DNA from: Betaproteobacteria bacterium
GTDB taxonomy: Bacteria > Pseudomonadota > Gammaproteobacteria > Burkholderiales > SG8-41
Assembly: GCA_029883965.1 (NCBI GenBank)
Contig: JAOUIN010000002.1
Coordinates: 1-34,562 of the forward strand
DNA length: 34,562 nt
Reading direction: 5' to 3'
Shown: positions 11,504-19,832 of the stretch, piece after piece
Layout of the letters: each line of letters opens with the position of its first letter
Numbering within the stretch: position 1 is the first letter of the stretch
Notes under the pieces: model-generated
Seen by the model: the letters and a program-made list of their open reading frames with translations, nothing else
Told to the model about the DNA's origin: nothing
Databases searched by the model: none
Made by a program: the position numbers and the translations under genes

Positions 11504-12538
11504 ATGTCAGCAAATGATCTTGCCGCAATCGCGCGTGCCATGGTTGCCCCGGGCAAGGGCATACTCGCCGCGGACGAAAGTACCGGCACCATAGGCAAGC
11601 GTTTCGACGGCATCAACGTCGAGAACACCGAGGAAAACCGCCGCGCCTACCGCGATATGCTGTTTTCAACGCGCGCGCTGGGTGACCATATCAGTGGCGT
11701 GATTCTGTATGACGAAACATTGCGTCAGAAATCCGCCGGCGGGGCTGCTTTCGTTGATGCGCTGGCCAAGAACGGCATCCTTCCGGGCATCAAGGTCGAC
11801 ACCGGCGCCAAGGATCTGCCGATGTGCCCGGGCGAGAAAATTACCGAAGGCCTGGACAACCTGCCCAAGCGCTGTGCCGAGTATGTCAAGCTCGGTGCCA
11901 AGTTCGCCAAGTGGCGCGCGGTCATCGATATCGGTCGTGACATGCCGAGCTCGACCAGCATTGCCGCCAATGCCCACGCACTGGCGCGATATGCCGCGAT
12001 CTGCCAGGAAGCGGGCCTGGTGCCCATAGTCGAGCCCGAAGTGCTGATGGACGGCGATCACAGCATCGAGCGCTGCGAGGAAGTCACCGAATGGACGCTC
12101 AATGCGGTGTATGAAGCGCTTTACCTGCATCGCGTGGTACTGGAGCATTCGGTGCTGAAGCCGTCGATGGTCATTTCCGGCAAGAAGTGTGTGAAACAGG
12201 CGCCGGTGGACGAAGTGGCTGCACGCACCGTGCGTACATTGAAGCGCACCGTGCCCGCGGCTGTTGCCGGTATTGTGTTTCTGTCGGGCGGACAAAGCGA
12301 TGAAGTCGCGACTGCCCATCTCAATTCGATGAACGTGCAATTCAAGGGCGACCTCCCGTGGCCGCTGTCGTTTTCGTACGGTCGTGCGCTGCAACAGGCA
12401 GCGCTGAAAGCGTGGAAAGGCGCGCCGGGGAACGTCGCGGCAGCACAGGCAGCACTGGCGCATCGCGCCAAAATGAACGGACTGGCGAGCCTGGGCCGTT
12501 ATACGGCAGATCAGGAAGACCGGGCCAAGGCCGCATAA
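11504..12538 (+). CDS. fba: fructose-bisphosphate aldolase, class I (Schiff-base type)
   Basis: GKGILAADESTGTIGKRF N-terminus, Schiff-base lysine context SVLKPSMVISG, and LSGGQS. AGGAG RBS before ATG 11504. Confidence 0.9.
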   Translation: MSANDLAAIARAMVAPGKGILAADESTGTIGKRFDGINVENTEENRRAYRDMLFSTRALGDHISGVILYDETLRQKSAGGAAFVDALAKNGILPGIKVDTGAKDLPMCPGEKITEGLDNLPKRCAEYVKLGAKFAKWRAVIDIGRDMPSSTSIAANAHALARYAAICQEAGLVPIVEPEVLMDGDHSIERCEEVTEWTLNAVYEALYLHRVVLEHSVLKPSMVISGKKCVKQAPVDEVAARTVRTLKRTVPAAVAGIVFLSGGQSDEVATAHLNSMNVQFKGDLPWPLSFSYGRALQQAALKAWKGAPGNVAAAQAALAHRAKMNGLASLGRYTADQEDRAKAA

Positions 12539-12545
12539 AATATCA

Positions 12546-12559
12546 ATAAAATCAATTAG
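12546..12559 (+). repeat. AT-rich 14-mer ATAAAATCAATTAG (copy 1 of 2)
   Basis: Lies 8 nt after the fba stop codon. It matches 13 of 14 positions of the copy at 15837-15850. Confidence 0.6.
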
Positions 12560-12589
12560 TTGTATGGTATATTAGTGCTTACTCCAGCC

Positions 12590-12622
12590 GGGCGACTGCC
12601 GGTATCTCTCGTCGCCGGTTTT
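12590..12622 (+). terminator. weak terminator-like or leader hairpin between fba and the CobW-family gene
   Basis: GGCGAC (12591-12596) pairs with GTCGCC (12611-12616) across a 14-nt loop, followed by GGTTTTGG. An alternative pairing CTGCCGG/CCGG..GGCAG is possible. Confidence 0.3.
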
Positions 12623-12690
12623 GGCAGCGACATAACCTGCTTGCACCGGTTCGCCTGCGCCGAAACCAGGATCTTCGCGGAGGGTTGGTT

Positions 12691-13806
12691 TTGATCGATA
12701 TGGTTGCTGAACGTCGCATACCCGTCAGCGTCATCACTGGTTTTCTCGGCAGCGGAAAAACGACGTTGCTCAACCGGCTGTTGCAGGATCCGGGGATGGC
12801 GGGCGCGGCGGTGATCATCAACGAGTTCGGCGAAATCGGGCTCGACCATCTGCTGATCGCGACCCCCAATGAAAACACGGTGCTGCTGGCCAGCGGCTGT
12901 ATCTGCTGTACGTTGCGTGGCGATCTGGTCAATACCTTGCGTGATCTCGACGGGCAACGCCAGAAAGGTGAAGTTCCGGCATTCGACCGCGTGCTTATTG
13001 AAACGACCGGGCTGGCGGATCCGGTGCCTATCGTGCAAACCGTGGTGACCGATGAGCGGCTGGCGCCGAAGTACCGTCTGGACAGCGTGATCACGCTGGT
13101 CGATGGTGTCAACGGGCTTGCGCAACTGGATGCGCAGCCTGAATCGCGCAAGCAGGCGGCCATTGCCGATCGTCTGCTGGTGACCAAAACCGATCTGACC
13201 GCGCCGGCCGAAATGCAGGCACTGATGGCGCGACTGGCGGAGTTCAATCCCGGGGCGCGGGTGCTGGCGGCCACGCATGGCGATATTGCGCCAGCGCTGC
13301 TGTTCGGAGCCAATATCGACGCGTCGGCGCGTAAAACGGAAGTCGCGGGATGGCTGCGCGAGACTGAATATGTGCGGGTTGAGGCCCGGCAAAACCGGAG
13401 TACGAACGCGCACACTGGGCAGCATGATGATCGCGTTCAGTCTTACTGTATTCATCTTGACGACCCCGTTACTTCGGCAGGGCTGACTTCGTGGCTGATT
13501 GCGCTGGCCTCGTTGCGCGGCGCCAATCTGCTGCGCGTCAAAGGTCTGCTCAATGTCGAAGGTGATCCGGTCGTCGTGCATGCCGTGCAAACGCTGATTC
13601 ACGAGCCGCTTGTACTCGAACGCTGGCCCGATGATGACCGCCGTTCGCGCCTGGTGTTCATCGCGCGCGGCATGAGTCGCGCCGACATTGAAGCGACGCT
13701 GGATGTATTACGCTGGAAGTCCACATTGCCTGCAGAAACAGGTACGCCCAAGCCGGATCCCCAGGCCTACGCGCGCTTCCTTGCCGCGATGGAAAAAATG
13801 CACTGA
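12691..13806 (+). CDS. COG0523/CobW-family G3E GTPase (putative metallochaperone)
   Basis: P-loop GFLGSGKTTLLN, metal-binding CxCC motif (CICCT), IETTGLADP, LVTKTDL, and a CobW C-terminal domain (LRVKGLLNVEGDPVVVHAVQ). The start is ambiguous (TTG 12685, TTG 12691, ATG 12700). TTG 12691 has the best spacing to GGAGG at 12679-12683. Confidence 0.85.
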   Translation: MIDMVAERRIPVSVITGFLGSGKTTLLNRLLQDPGMAGAAVIINEFGEIGLDHLLIATPNENTVLLASGCICCTLRGDLVNTLRDLDGQRQKGEVPAFDRVLIETTGLADPVPIVQTVVTDERLAPKYRLDSVITLVDGVNGLAQLDAQPESRKQAAIADRLLVTKTDLTAPAEMQALMARLAEFNPGARVLAATHGDIAPALLFGANIDASARKTEVAGWLRETEYVRVEARQNRSTNAHTGQHDDRVQSYCIHLDDPVTSAGLTSWLIALASLRGANLLRVKGLLNVEGDPVVVHAVQTLIHEPLVLERWPDDDRRSRLVFIARGMSRADIEATLDVLRWKSTLPAETGTPKPDPQAYARFLAAMEKMH

Positions 13807-13942
13807 CGTTTTTGATGACCCGGCTTGACAAGCCGAGGGTGATTATTTAGTTTCAGCTTAGCTGCAAACGCTTACATTTCAACCGACCAGAAGATTCAGA
13901 TGCCGCATTCGCGGCACGAGATCTCTCCGAGGAGTTTTACGC

Positions 13943-15292
13943 ATGTTTGATTTCAAACCCCCAGAGGCCAAGGGGCCGGTTCGCGTACTCAAAGGCGGCA
14001 CACTGATCGACGGCAACGGCGGCAAGCCGGTCAAAGACCCGGTCATCGTCCTTGAAGGCCGTCGCATTAAAGAGGTTGGCGCCAAGGGCAAAGTCAAAAT
14101 TCCCGCCAAGGCCGAAATCATCGATTGCGGTTCGGCGACGCTGTTGCCTGGGCTGATGGACGTGCATCTGCATACGATGATGTTCAACTGCCTGACCTTC
14201 CACAATTATCGGGTCGCCCAATGGGAGATCACACCGGAACTGCAGCAGATGTACGGACTGTTCCATGCACAGCTGTGTTTCGACATGGGATTCACGACTC
14301 TGCGCGACCTCGGGCTCAATTCCAGCCGCGGGCTGCTCACCGCGCATCTGTGCGCAATCCGCGACTCGATCAACGCCGGCGTCATCGAAGGTCCGCGCAT
14401 GCTGATCGGTGGATTCACGACGATTACCGGTTCGCATCTCGACCTGATCCAGCCGCGTGCCGCGCAGCGTTTTGGATTCCAGACGGCCGATGGCCCGTGG
14501 GAATTACGCAAACTCGCGCGCACCAACCTGCTGGCGGGCTGCGACATTGTCAAGACCTGCGCCACCGGTGGCGGCGGCACCGACAAGGAAGAGCCCGACA
14601 TCCGCAATATGACGCAGGAGGAAATGGACGCGATCGTCGACGAAGCACACGCTTTCCACAAGATCGCCGCAGTGCACTGCTTTACGCCTGCCGGCCAGCG
14701 CATGGCACTCGCGGCCGGGGCGGACACCATCGAACACATGGTGTTTCATGAAGATGAAACCATAGACATGATTGCCGAGGCCGGCACCTGGATGACGCCC
14801 ACGCTGTTGCACCGGACCGACCATGCCATCGGCACGCGCAAGGATCAGGGCACGTCCCAGTTTGTGTTGAACAAGATGAAGGCCCTGCAGCCCTATTGTT
14901 TCGAGACCTTCCAGAAAATGCACAAGGCCGGCGTCAACATTGCACTGGGCACCGACATGGGCTTCGATCCGGAAATGGGCACCAATGCCCGCGAGATGGA
15001 AATCTACGTCAAGCTCGGTATGACGCCCATGGAAGCCATTCTGTCGGCGACAAAGAACGCTGCGCGCGCCATCAAACTCGACAAGGAGCTGGGCACGGTC
15101 GAGGCTGGAAAGTTTGCAGATATCATTGCGGTCAAGGGCGATCCGCTGAAAGACATCCGGGTGTTCCAGGAGAAAAAGAACATCCAGATGGTCATGAAGG
15201 AGGGCCGCATTTACGCCGACCGCCGGCCGGGACATGACAAGAATGTCGTCAGTGTGACGCCGCGCGACTGGAAAAAAATCGACTACCTGTAA
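13943..15292 (+). CDS. metal-dependent amidohydrolase-superfamily hydrolase (COG1228-like)
   Basis: HxH motif in LLPGLMDVHLH, then VKTCATGG, AAVHC, TIEH and GTDMG, in the order expected for the binuclear-metal TIM-barrel amidohydrolases. GAGGAG RBS lies 8 nt before the ATG. Confidence 0.85.
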   Translation: MFDFKPPEAKGPVRVLKGGTLIDGNGGKPVKDPVIVLEGRRIKEVGAKGKVKIPAKAEIIDCGSATLLPGLMDVHLHTMMFNCLTFHNYRVAQWEITPELQQMYGLFHAQLCFDMGFTTLRDLGLNSSRGLLTAHLCAIRDSINAGVIEGPRMLIGGFTTITGSHLDLIQPRAAQRFGFQTADGPWELRKLARTNLLAGCDIVKTCATGGGGTDKEEPDIRNMTQEEMDAIVDEAHAFHKIAAVHCFTPAGQRMALAAGADTIEHMVFHEDETIDMIAEAGTWMTPTLLHRTDHAIGTRKDQGTSQFVLNKMKALQPYCFETFQKMHKAGVNIALGTDMGFDPEMGTNAREMEIYVKLGMTPMEAILSATKNAARAIKLDKELGTVEAGKFADIIAVKGDPLKDIRVFQEKKNIQMVMKEGRIYADRRPGHDKNVVSVTPRDWKKIDYL

Positions 15293-15329
15293 CGCGAGTA
15301 GAAGCAGCAATTAACCTAGGAGGTTGAGC

Positions 15330-15836
15330 ATGGCCGCAGCAAAAAAGAGAGTTGCCAAAACCAAGACCGCAGGCGCTGTGCGCGCCGGCAACGGCAAGTA
15401 CCATTTCCGCATGGACAAGCTGAAGAAAGTCCCGGCGGGCACCGGCTACTCGACATCGCACGGCGGTGTCGTCGAAGGCGCGCGTATTCTGGTGGGCTAC
15501 ATCCACAAACCACGCGGCACCGGCTCGCGCATGCACAAGCACAACAACGAGCAATTGAACTATGTATTGCAGGGCACGCTGGTCGGTTCGGTCAACGGCA
15601 AGCGGGTTGTGGCTCCCGCTGGTACGCTGGTCTATATCCCGGCGAATGCACCGCATAATCTGGTCGCGTCGACCAAAGACAAGGACGTCATTTTCCTGGC
15701 GGTCAAGGATCTGTCGCAGGGCATCATCGGCATGGCAGTAGACGGCACCATGGCCGGCCCGCACTATGAAAAAGGATTTGGCCCCGCCGCAAAAGCGCGT
15801 AAGAAAACCAAGGCAAAGGCCGCGGCGAAAAAATAA
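15330..15836 (+). CDS. cupin-domain protein with Lys/Ala-rich N- and C-terminal tails
   Basis: Cupin motif 1 is GSRMHKHNNEQLNYVLQG (HxHxxxE) and motif 2 is GTLVYIPANAPHN. The tails are AAAKKRVAKTKTAG and GPAAKARKKTKAKAAAKK. ATG 15330 lies 6 nt after TAGGAGG, and the TTG at 15324 in the ORF track is less likely. Confidence 0.75.
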   Translation: MAAAKKRVAKTKTAGAVRAGNGKYHFRMDKLKKVPAGTGYSTSHGGVVEGARILVGYIHKPRGTGSRMHKHNNEQLNYVLQGTLVGSVNGKRVVAPAGTLVYIPANAPHNLVASTKDKDVIFLAVKDLSQGIIGMAVDGTMAGPHYEKGFGPAAKARKKTKAKAAAKK

Positions 15837-15850
15837 ATAAAATCAAATAG
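15837..15850 (+). repeat. AT-rich 14-mer ATAAAATCAAATAG (copy 2 of 2)
   Basis: Lies immediately after the cupin stop codon and matches 13 of 14 positions of the copy at 12546-12559. Confidence 0.6.
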
Positions 15851-16006
15851 ATACGGGTGCATTTTGGACGCCTGAACGAGGAACAACAAATTGCTGCGCG
15901 GCGTCTTCGCCGGAGCAGTATGCTGCCTGTATTCGGTCAGAAATCGACAAATGCGCCAGGGTAATCAAGGCGGCCGGGGTCAAAAGCGAGTGACCACTAC
16001 AGGGAG

Positions 16007-16978
16007 ATGATGATGCAGGCATTACGTAACGCCGTTTTGTTTCTGGTTTTGTCCGCGGTTGCCGGCACCGCTTTCGCGCAGAATTATCCAACCAGACCCA
16101 TACGCATCATTGTCGCTTACACGCCTGCGGGCACTACCGACATACTGGCGCGTGCGGTCGGTCAGAAAATGACCGAGGCCTGGGGTCAGACCGTGATCGT
16201 CGACAACCGGCCCGGTGCCAACGGCAATATCGGCACCGAGTTGACAGCCAATGCCACGCCCGACGGCTATACCATCGTGATGGGCACTGCAGCGACCCAC
16301 AGCATCAACAACACGTTGTATCCAACGCTGAAGTGGGACGCGGTAAAAAATTTCGCCCCAATCAGTCTGGTGGCGCAGGTGCCCAATATCCTGGTGGTCA
16401 ACAATTCCTTGCCGGTGAAAAGCGTCAAGGAACTGATCGCTTACGGCAACGCCAACCCGGGCAAACTCAATCACGGGTCGCCGGGGCTCGGCAGCACGGG
16501 ACATTTGTGCGCGGAGCTGTTCAAGGGCATATCCGGCGTAAAAATGACCCATGTCCCGTACAAGGGCAGTGCGCCGACGCTGGCTGATCTGGCGGGAGGC
16601 CAGATCCAGGTTGTCATCGATAACCTGCCTCCTTATCTGCCGCATGTGCAGGCCGGCAAGATCCGCGGACTCGCAGTCACCACCGCAAAGCGGTCGGCTG
16701 CTGCGCCTAATCTGCCCACGATGCAGGAAGCCGGTGTTGCCGGCTATGAAGCCGGTTCGTGGTTCGGCCTGCTGGCGCCGGCCGGCACGCCCAAAGCCAT
16801 TGTGCAGAAACTGTCGGGAGAAACCGCCCGCATTTTGAAACTTCCAGAAGTGAACGAACGTCTGTCCGCCCTTGGCGCGACTCCGGTCGGCAGTACGCCG
16901 GAGGAATTCGCCGCCTTCATCCGCAATGAGCAGGCCAAATGGCGCAAGGTGATCCAGCAGGCCAACATCAAACTCTGA
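16007..16978 (+). CDS. Bug-family (TctC-like) tripartite tricarboxylate transporter substrate-binding protein
   Basis: Signal peptide ending AFA/QNYPTRPIRIIVAYTPAGTTDILAR, plus VIVDNRPGANG, both typical of the Bug family. Three consecutive ATGs (16007, 16010, 16013) follow AGGGAG. Confidence 0.9.
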   Translation: MMMQALRNAVLFLVLSAVAGTAFAQNYPTRPIRIIVAYTPAGTTDILARAVGQKMTEAWGQTVIVDNRPGANGNIGTELTANATPDGYTIVMGTAATHSINNTLYPTLKWDAVKNFAPISLVAQVPNILVVNNSLPVKSVKELIAYGNANPGKLNHGSPGLGSTGHLCAELFKGISGVKMTHVPYKGSAPTLADLAGGQIQVVIDNLPPYLPHVQAGKIRGLAVTTAKRSAAAPNLPTMQEAGVAGYEAGSWFGLLAPAGTPKAIVQKLSGETARILKLPEVNERLSALGATPVGSTPEEFAAFIRNEQAKWRKVIQQANIKL

Positions 16979-17003
16979 TAACCGTTCGCTACAAGACTTT
17001 TAA

Positions 17004-18152
17004 ATGATCCGCGATCCGGAATCTTTCAGTCTGCTGCTCGACACCGTTGAGCGCTTCGTCCGCGACAAACTGATCCCGCGGGAAGCCGAGGTCACGGCAG
17101 CTGACGCCATACCCGCGGACATCCTCGCCGAAATGCGCAACATGGGACTGTTCGGGCTGACCATTCCGGAGAAATACGGCGGACTGGGTCTGACCAGCGA
17201 AGAGGAAGTGCTGACTTCGATGGCATTGTGCCGGGCCTCACCGGTATTTCGCTCGCGCATCGGCACCAATACCGGTATTGGTGCGCAGGGCATTGTCATC
17301 GACGGCACGGAGGAACAGAAAAGCAAATATCTGCCGCGGCTGGCCTCGGGGGAAATCACCGGCTCATTTGCGCTGACCGAGCCCGAAGCCGGGTCCGACG
17401 CCGGCGCGCTGCGAACGACCGCGCGGCGCGATGGGGATCAATATGTATTGAACGGGGCCAAACGCTACATCACCAATGCCCCTCAGGCGGGGGTGTTTAC
17501 GGTAATGGCGCGCACGGATCTTGATTCTAAAGATGCCAAAGGCGTTTCGGCATTCCTCGTTGATCGTAATACCCAGGGCCTGACTGTCGGCAAGCCCGAT
17601 CGCAAAATGGGCCAGAGCGGCTCACATACCGCCGACGTCGTTTTTGATAACGTGCGCGTGCCGGCCGCCAACATTATCGGCGGCAAAGAAGGCATGGGCT
17701 TCAAGACAGCCATGAAAGTGCTGGATAAGGCGCGCCTCAATATTGCTGCGGTTTGTGTCGGGGCGGCCGGGCGTCTGCTCGATGAAGCGCTGGCGTACGC
17801 GCGTGAGCGCAAGCAGTTCGGCCAACCGATCGCCGAATTTCAGCTGATTCAGGCCATGCTGGCTGATTCCAAAGCTGAGATTTTTGCAGCGCGCAGCATG
17901 GTACTCGAAGCCGCACGCAAGCGTGATGGCGGCGAGGCCATCACGCTCGAGGCGTCGTGCGCAAAGCTTTTTGCCTCGGAAATGGTCGGTCGCGTCGCCG
18001 ACCGTGCGGTGCAGATTCACGGCGGTGCCGGCTATATGCAGGATTCGGCGGTCGAGCGTCTGTATCGTGATGTCCGCCTGTTCCGTCTGTTTGAAGGCAC
18101 CAGCCAGATTCAGCAGCTGGTGATTGCCCGGCATTTGCTGAAGGGTAATTGA
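17004..18152 (+). CDS. acyl-CoA dehydrogenase
   Basis: 382 aa with FALTEPEAGSDAG, a FAD/substrate region, and the C-terminal catalytic-Glu context LFEGTSQIQ. Confidence 0.9.
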   Translation: MIRDPESFSLLLDTVERFVRDKLIPREAEVTAADAIPADILAEMRNMGLFGLTIPEKYGGLGLTSEEEVLTSMALCRASPVFRSRIGTNTGIGAQGIVIDGTEEQKSKYLPRLASGEITGSFALTEPEAGSDAGALRTTARRDGDQYVLNGAKRYITNAPQAGVFTVMARTDLDSKDAKGVSAFLVDRNTQGLTVGKPDRKMGQSGSHTADVVFDNVRVPAANIIGGKEGMGFKTAMKVLDKARLNIAAVCVGAAGRLLDEALAYARERKQFGQPIAEFQLIQAMLADSKAEIFAARSMVLEAARKRDGGEAITLEASCAKLFASEMVGRVADRAVQIHGGAGYMQDSAVERLYRDVRLFRLFEGTSQIQQLVIARHLLKGN

Positions 18153-18186
18153 CCCTGACGTGGGTCCTGATCCAACCATTTTTGTC

Positions 18187-18233
18187 AGATTGTCGACAAT
18201 CTTGTTGACGACAATAGAGGTGGGCGGTATGCT
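18187..18233 (+). promoter_or_regulatory. perfect 16-bp palindrome, a 10/12 second site, and a sigma70-like promoter in front of carboxyltransferase 1
   Basis: AGATTGTCGACAATCT (18187-18202) is its own reverse complement. GTTGACGACAAT (18204-18215) matches the core ATTGTCGACAAT at 10 of 12 positions. TTGACG (18205-18210), a 17-nt spacer and TATGCT (18228-18233) form a promoter-like arrangement about 50 nt upstream of GTG 18285. Confidence 0.45.
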
Positions 18234-18284
18234 CCGACACCTGAAAAATGCGTTAAATCTGTTGTGAAACAAGGGGAATCCGTC

Positions 18285-19820
18285 GTGCCGTTCGAAAAAC
18301 TGATTGAAGATTTCAAGCATCGCACCGACGAGGTGCTGGCCATGGGCGGACCCGAAAAGCTCGCCAAACGCAAAGCCGAAGGCCATCTCAATGCTCGCGA
18401 GCGCATCGATTACCTGATCGATCCGGGGTCGTTCCTGGAGTCGGGCCGGTTTGCCCGCAGCAACCGGCCCGAGGTCAAACACAAGACCCCGGCAGACGGC
18501 AAAGTCGCCGGATTCGCACGCATTGCCGGCCGCGACATTGCGCTGGTGTCGAACGATTTCACCGTGCTCGGCGCATCAAGCGCGGTAATCAACATGAAAA
18601 AGATCAAGCATGTGAAGCAGGTGGCGGCGAAACGCGGCATGCCGCTGGTGATGCTGGGGGAATCCTCGGGCGCGCGCATGCCGGACCGCATGGGCTCGGC
18701 TGGCCGGGCGATCATTGCGCAGGATCCGAACGAATACCAGCGGCTGCGCGAATCGCCGTGGTGTTCCGCGCTGTTGGGACAGTGTTACGGTTCATCGACC
18801 TGGTACTCGGCGATGTCGGACTTTGTTGTGATGCGCAAGGGCGCGATTATGGCCATAGCCAGCCCCAACGTGACCTCGATCGCGATCAACAAGCCGATCG
18901 AGGCCGAAGACCTCGGTGGCTGGAAGCTGCTGACCGGTGTGTCGGGGCTTGCTGACATGGCGGTCGACACGGACCAGCAGGCGATGGATGCGATCAAGAA
19001 ATTTCTTTCGTACCTGCCCAGCCACTACATGCAGGCACCGCCCGAAGCCGGGGTTCCGGCCGGATCCGACGAAGCTTGCAGGAATATTTTCGACATCCTG
19101 CCCGAATCGCGCACCAAGGTGTACGACGTGCGCAAGATCATCGCCGCGATTGCCGACAGGGACTCCAGCTTCGAACTGAAAGAACGCTTCGGCAAATCCA
19201 TCGCCACTGTACTCGGCCGCCTCGACGGTAAAAGCGTCGGCTTCATTGCCAACAATCCGATGTACAAGGGCGGCGCACTCGACGCCGATGCTGTGCAAAA
19301 GGTCATCAGTTTCATGGTGCTGTGCGATTCGTTCAATGTACCGCTGATTTTCCTGGTCGATGTGCCCGGTTTCCTGATCGGAGTCGAAGGTGAAATCCGC
19401 GGCATGCCGGGCAAGGTCATCAACTGGATGAACGCGCTGAGTCAGGTCACTGTACCCAAACTCACGGTCATCATGCGCAAGGACTACGGCCAGGCCTACA
19501 TCAACATGGCCGGCGGCAAGGGTGCCGATGAAGTGGCGGTGTGGCCGACCGCGGATCTGGGCTTCATGGACGCCGCAGTATCGGTCAATGTGCTGCACGG
19601 CATCAAGCAATCGGATGATCCAGAGAAATTCGCCAAACTGAAAGCCGAAGTCGAGCGCGACACCTCGGCGTGGGGTCTCGCCGAACTGTACGAAGCGCAG
19701 CATGTGCTCGACCCGCGCGACACTCGCGCTTGGCTGATCCGATCGCTCGAAGTACACCGCAAAGGCATGAAAAACGGCGTCGGTGACCACCTGTTGCGCA
19801 ACTGGCCCACGAGTTATTGA
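18285..19820 (+). CDS. carboxyltransferase-domain protein (acyl-CoA carboxylase beta-subunit fold), paralog 1
   Basis: Collinear with PccB/MccB-type carboxyltransferases (two crotonase-like halves). GTG 18285 is preferred because it lies 7 nt after AAGGGGA and aligns the N-terminus (PFEKLIEDF) with paralog 2 (AFEALIREL). The ORF track starts at 18264. Confidence 0.85.
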   Translation: MPFEKLIEDFKHRTDEVLAMGGPEKLAKRKAEGHLNARERIDYLIDPGSFLESGRFARSNRPEVKHKTPADGKVAGFARIAGRDIALVSNDFTVLGASSAVINMKKIKHVKQVAAKRGMPLVMLGESSGARMPDRMGSAGRAIIAQDPNEYQRLRESPWCSALLGQCYGSSTWYSAMSDFVVMRKGAIMAIASPNVTSIAINKPIEAEDLGGWKLLTGVSGLADMAVDTDQQAMDAIKKFLSYLPSHYMQAPPEAGVPAGSDEACRNIFDILPESRTKVYDVRKIIAAIADRDSSFELKERFGKSIATVLGRLDGKSVGFIANNPMYKGGALDADAVQKVISFMVLCDSFNVPLIFLVDVPGFLIGVEGEIRGMPGKVINWMNALSQVTVPKLTVIMRKDYGQAYINMAGGKGADEVAVWPTADLGFMDAAVSVNVLHGIKQSDDPEKFAKLKAEVERDTSAWGLAELYEAQHVLDPRDTRAWLIRSLEVHRKGMKNGVGDHLLRNWPTSY

Positions 19821-19832
19821 GCAAGGCATTTG

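Noticed and set aside
12539-12684. Possible Zur box or cobalamin/metal riboswitch in the 146-nt leader of the CobW-family gene
   Set aside because: The AT-rich stretch has no dyad symmetry resembling the TGTTATA..TATAACA-type Zur boxes I know. The leader is too short and lacks a B12-box-like core. Only a weak hairpin is present.
12556-13602. Long antisense ORFs: 348 aa here, and also 18792-19913 (373 aa), 20149-21099 (316 aa), 27755-28813 (352 aa), 10331-11176 (281 aa) and 4993-5829 (278 aa)
   Set aside because: All lie opposite genes with strong family signatures. They are Arg/Gly/His/Gln-rich with no recognisable motifs and are typical shadow ORFs of a high-GC genome.
15843-16091. 82-aa minus-strand ORF spanning the cupin-Bug intergenic region
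   Set aside because: It has no RBS, its composition is Arg/Ser/Pro-rich, and it overlaps the Bug signal-peptide coding region. It is likely spurious.
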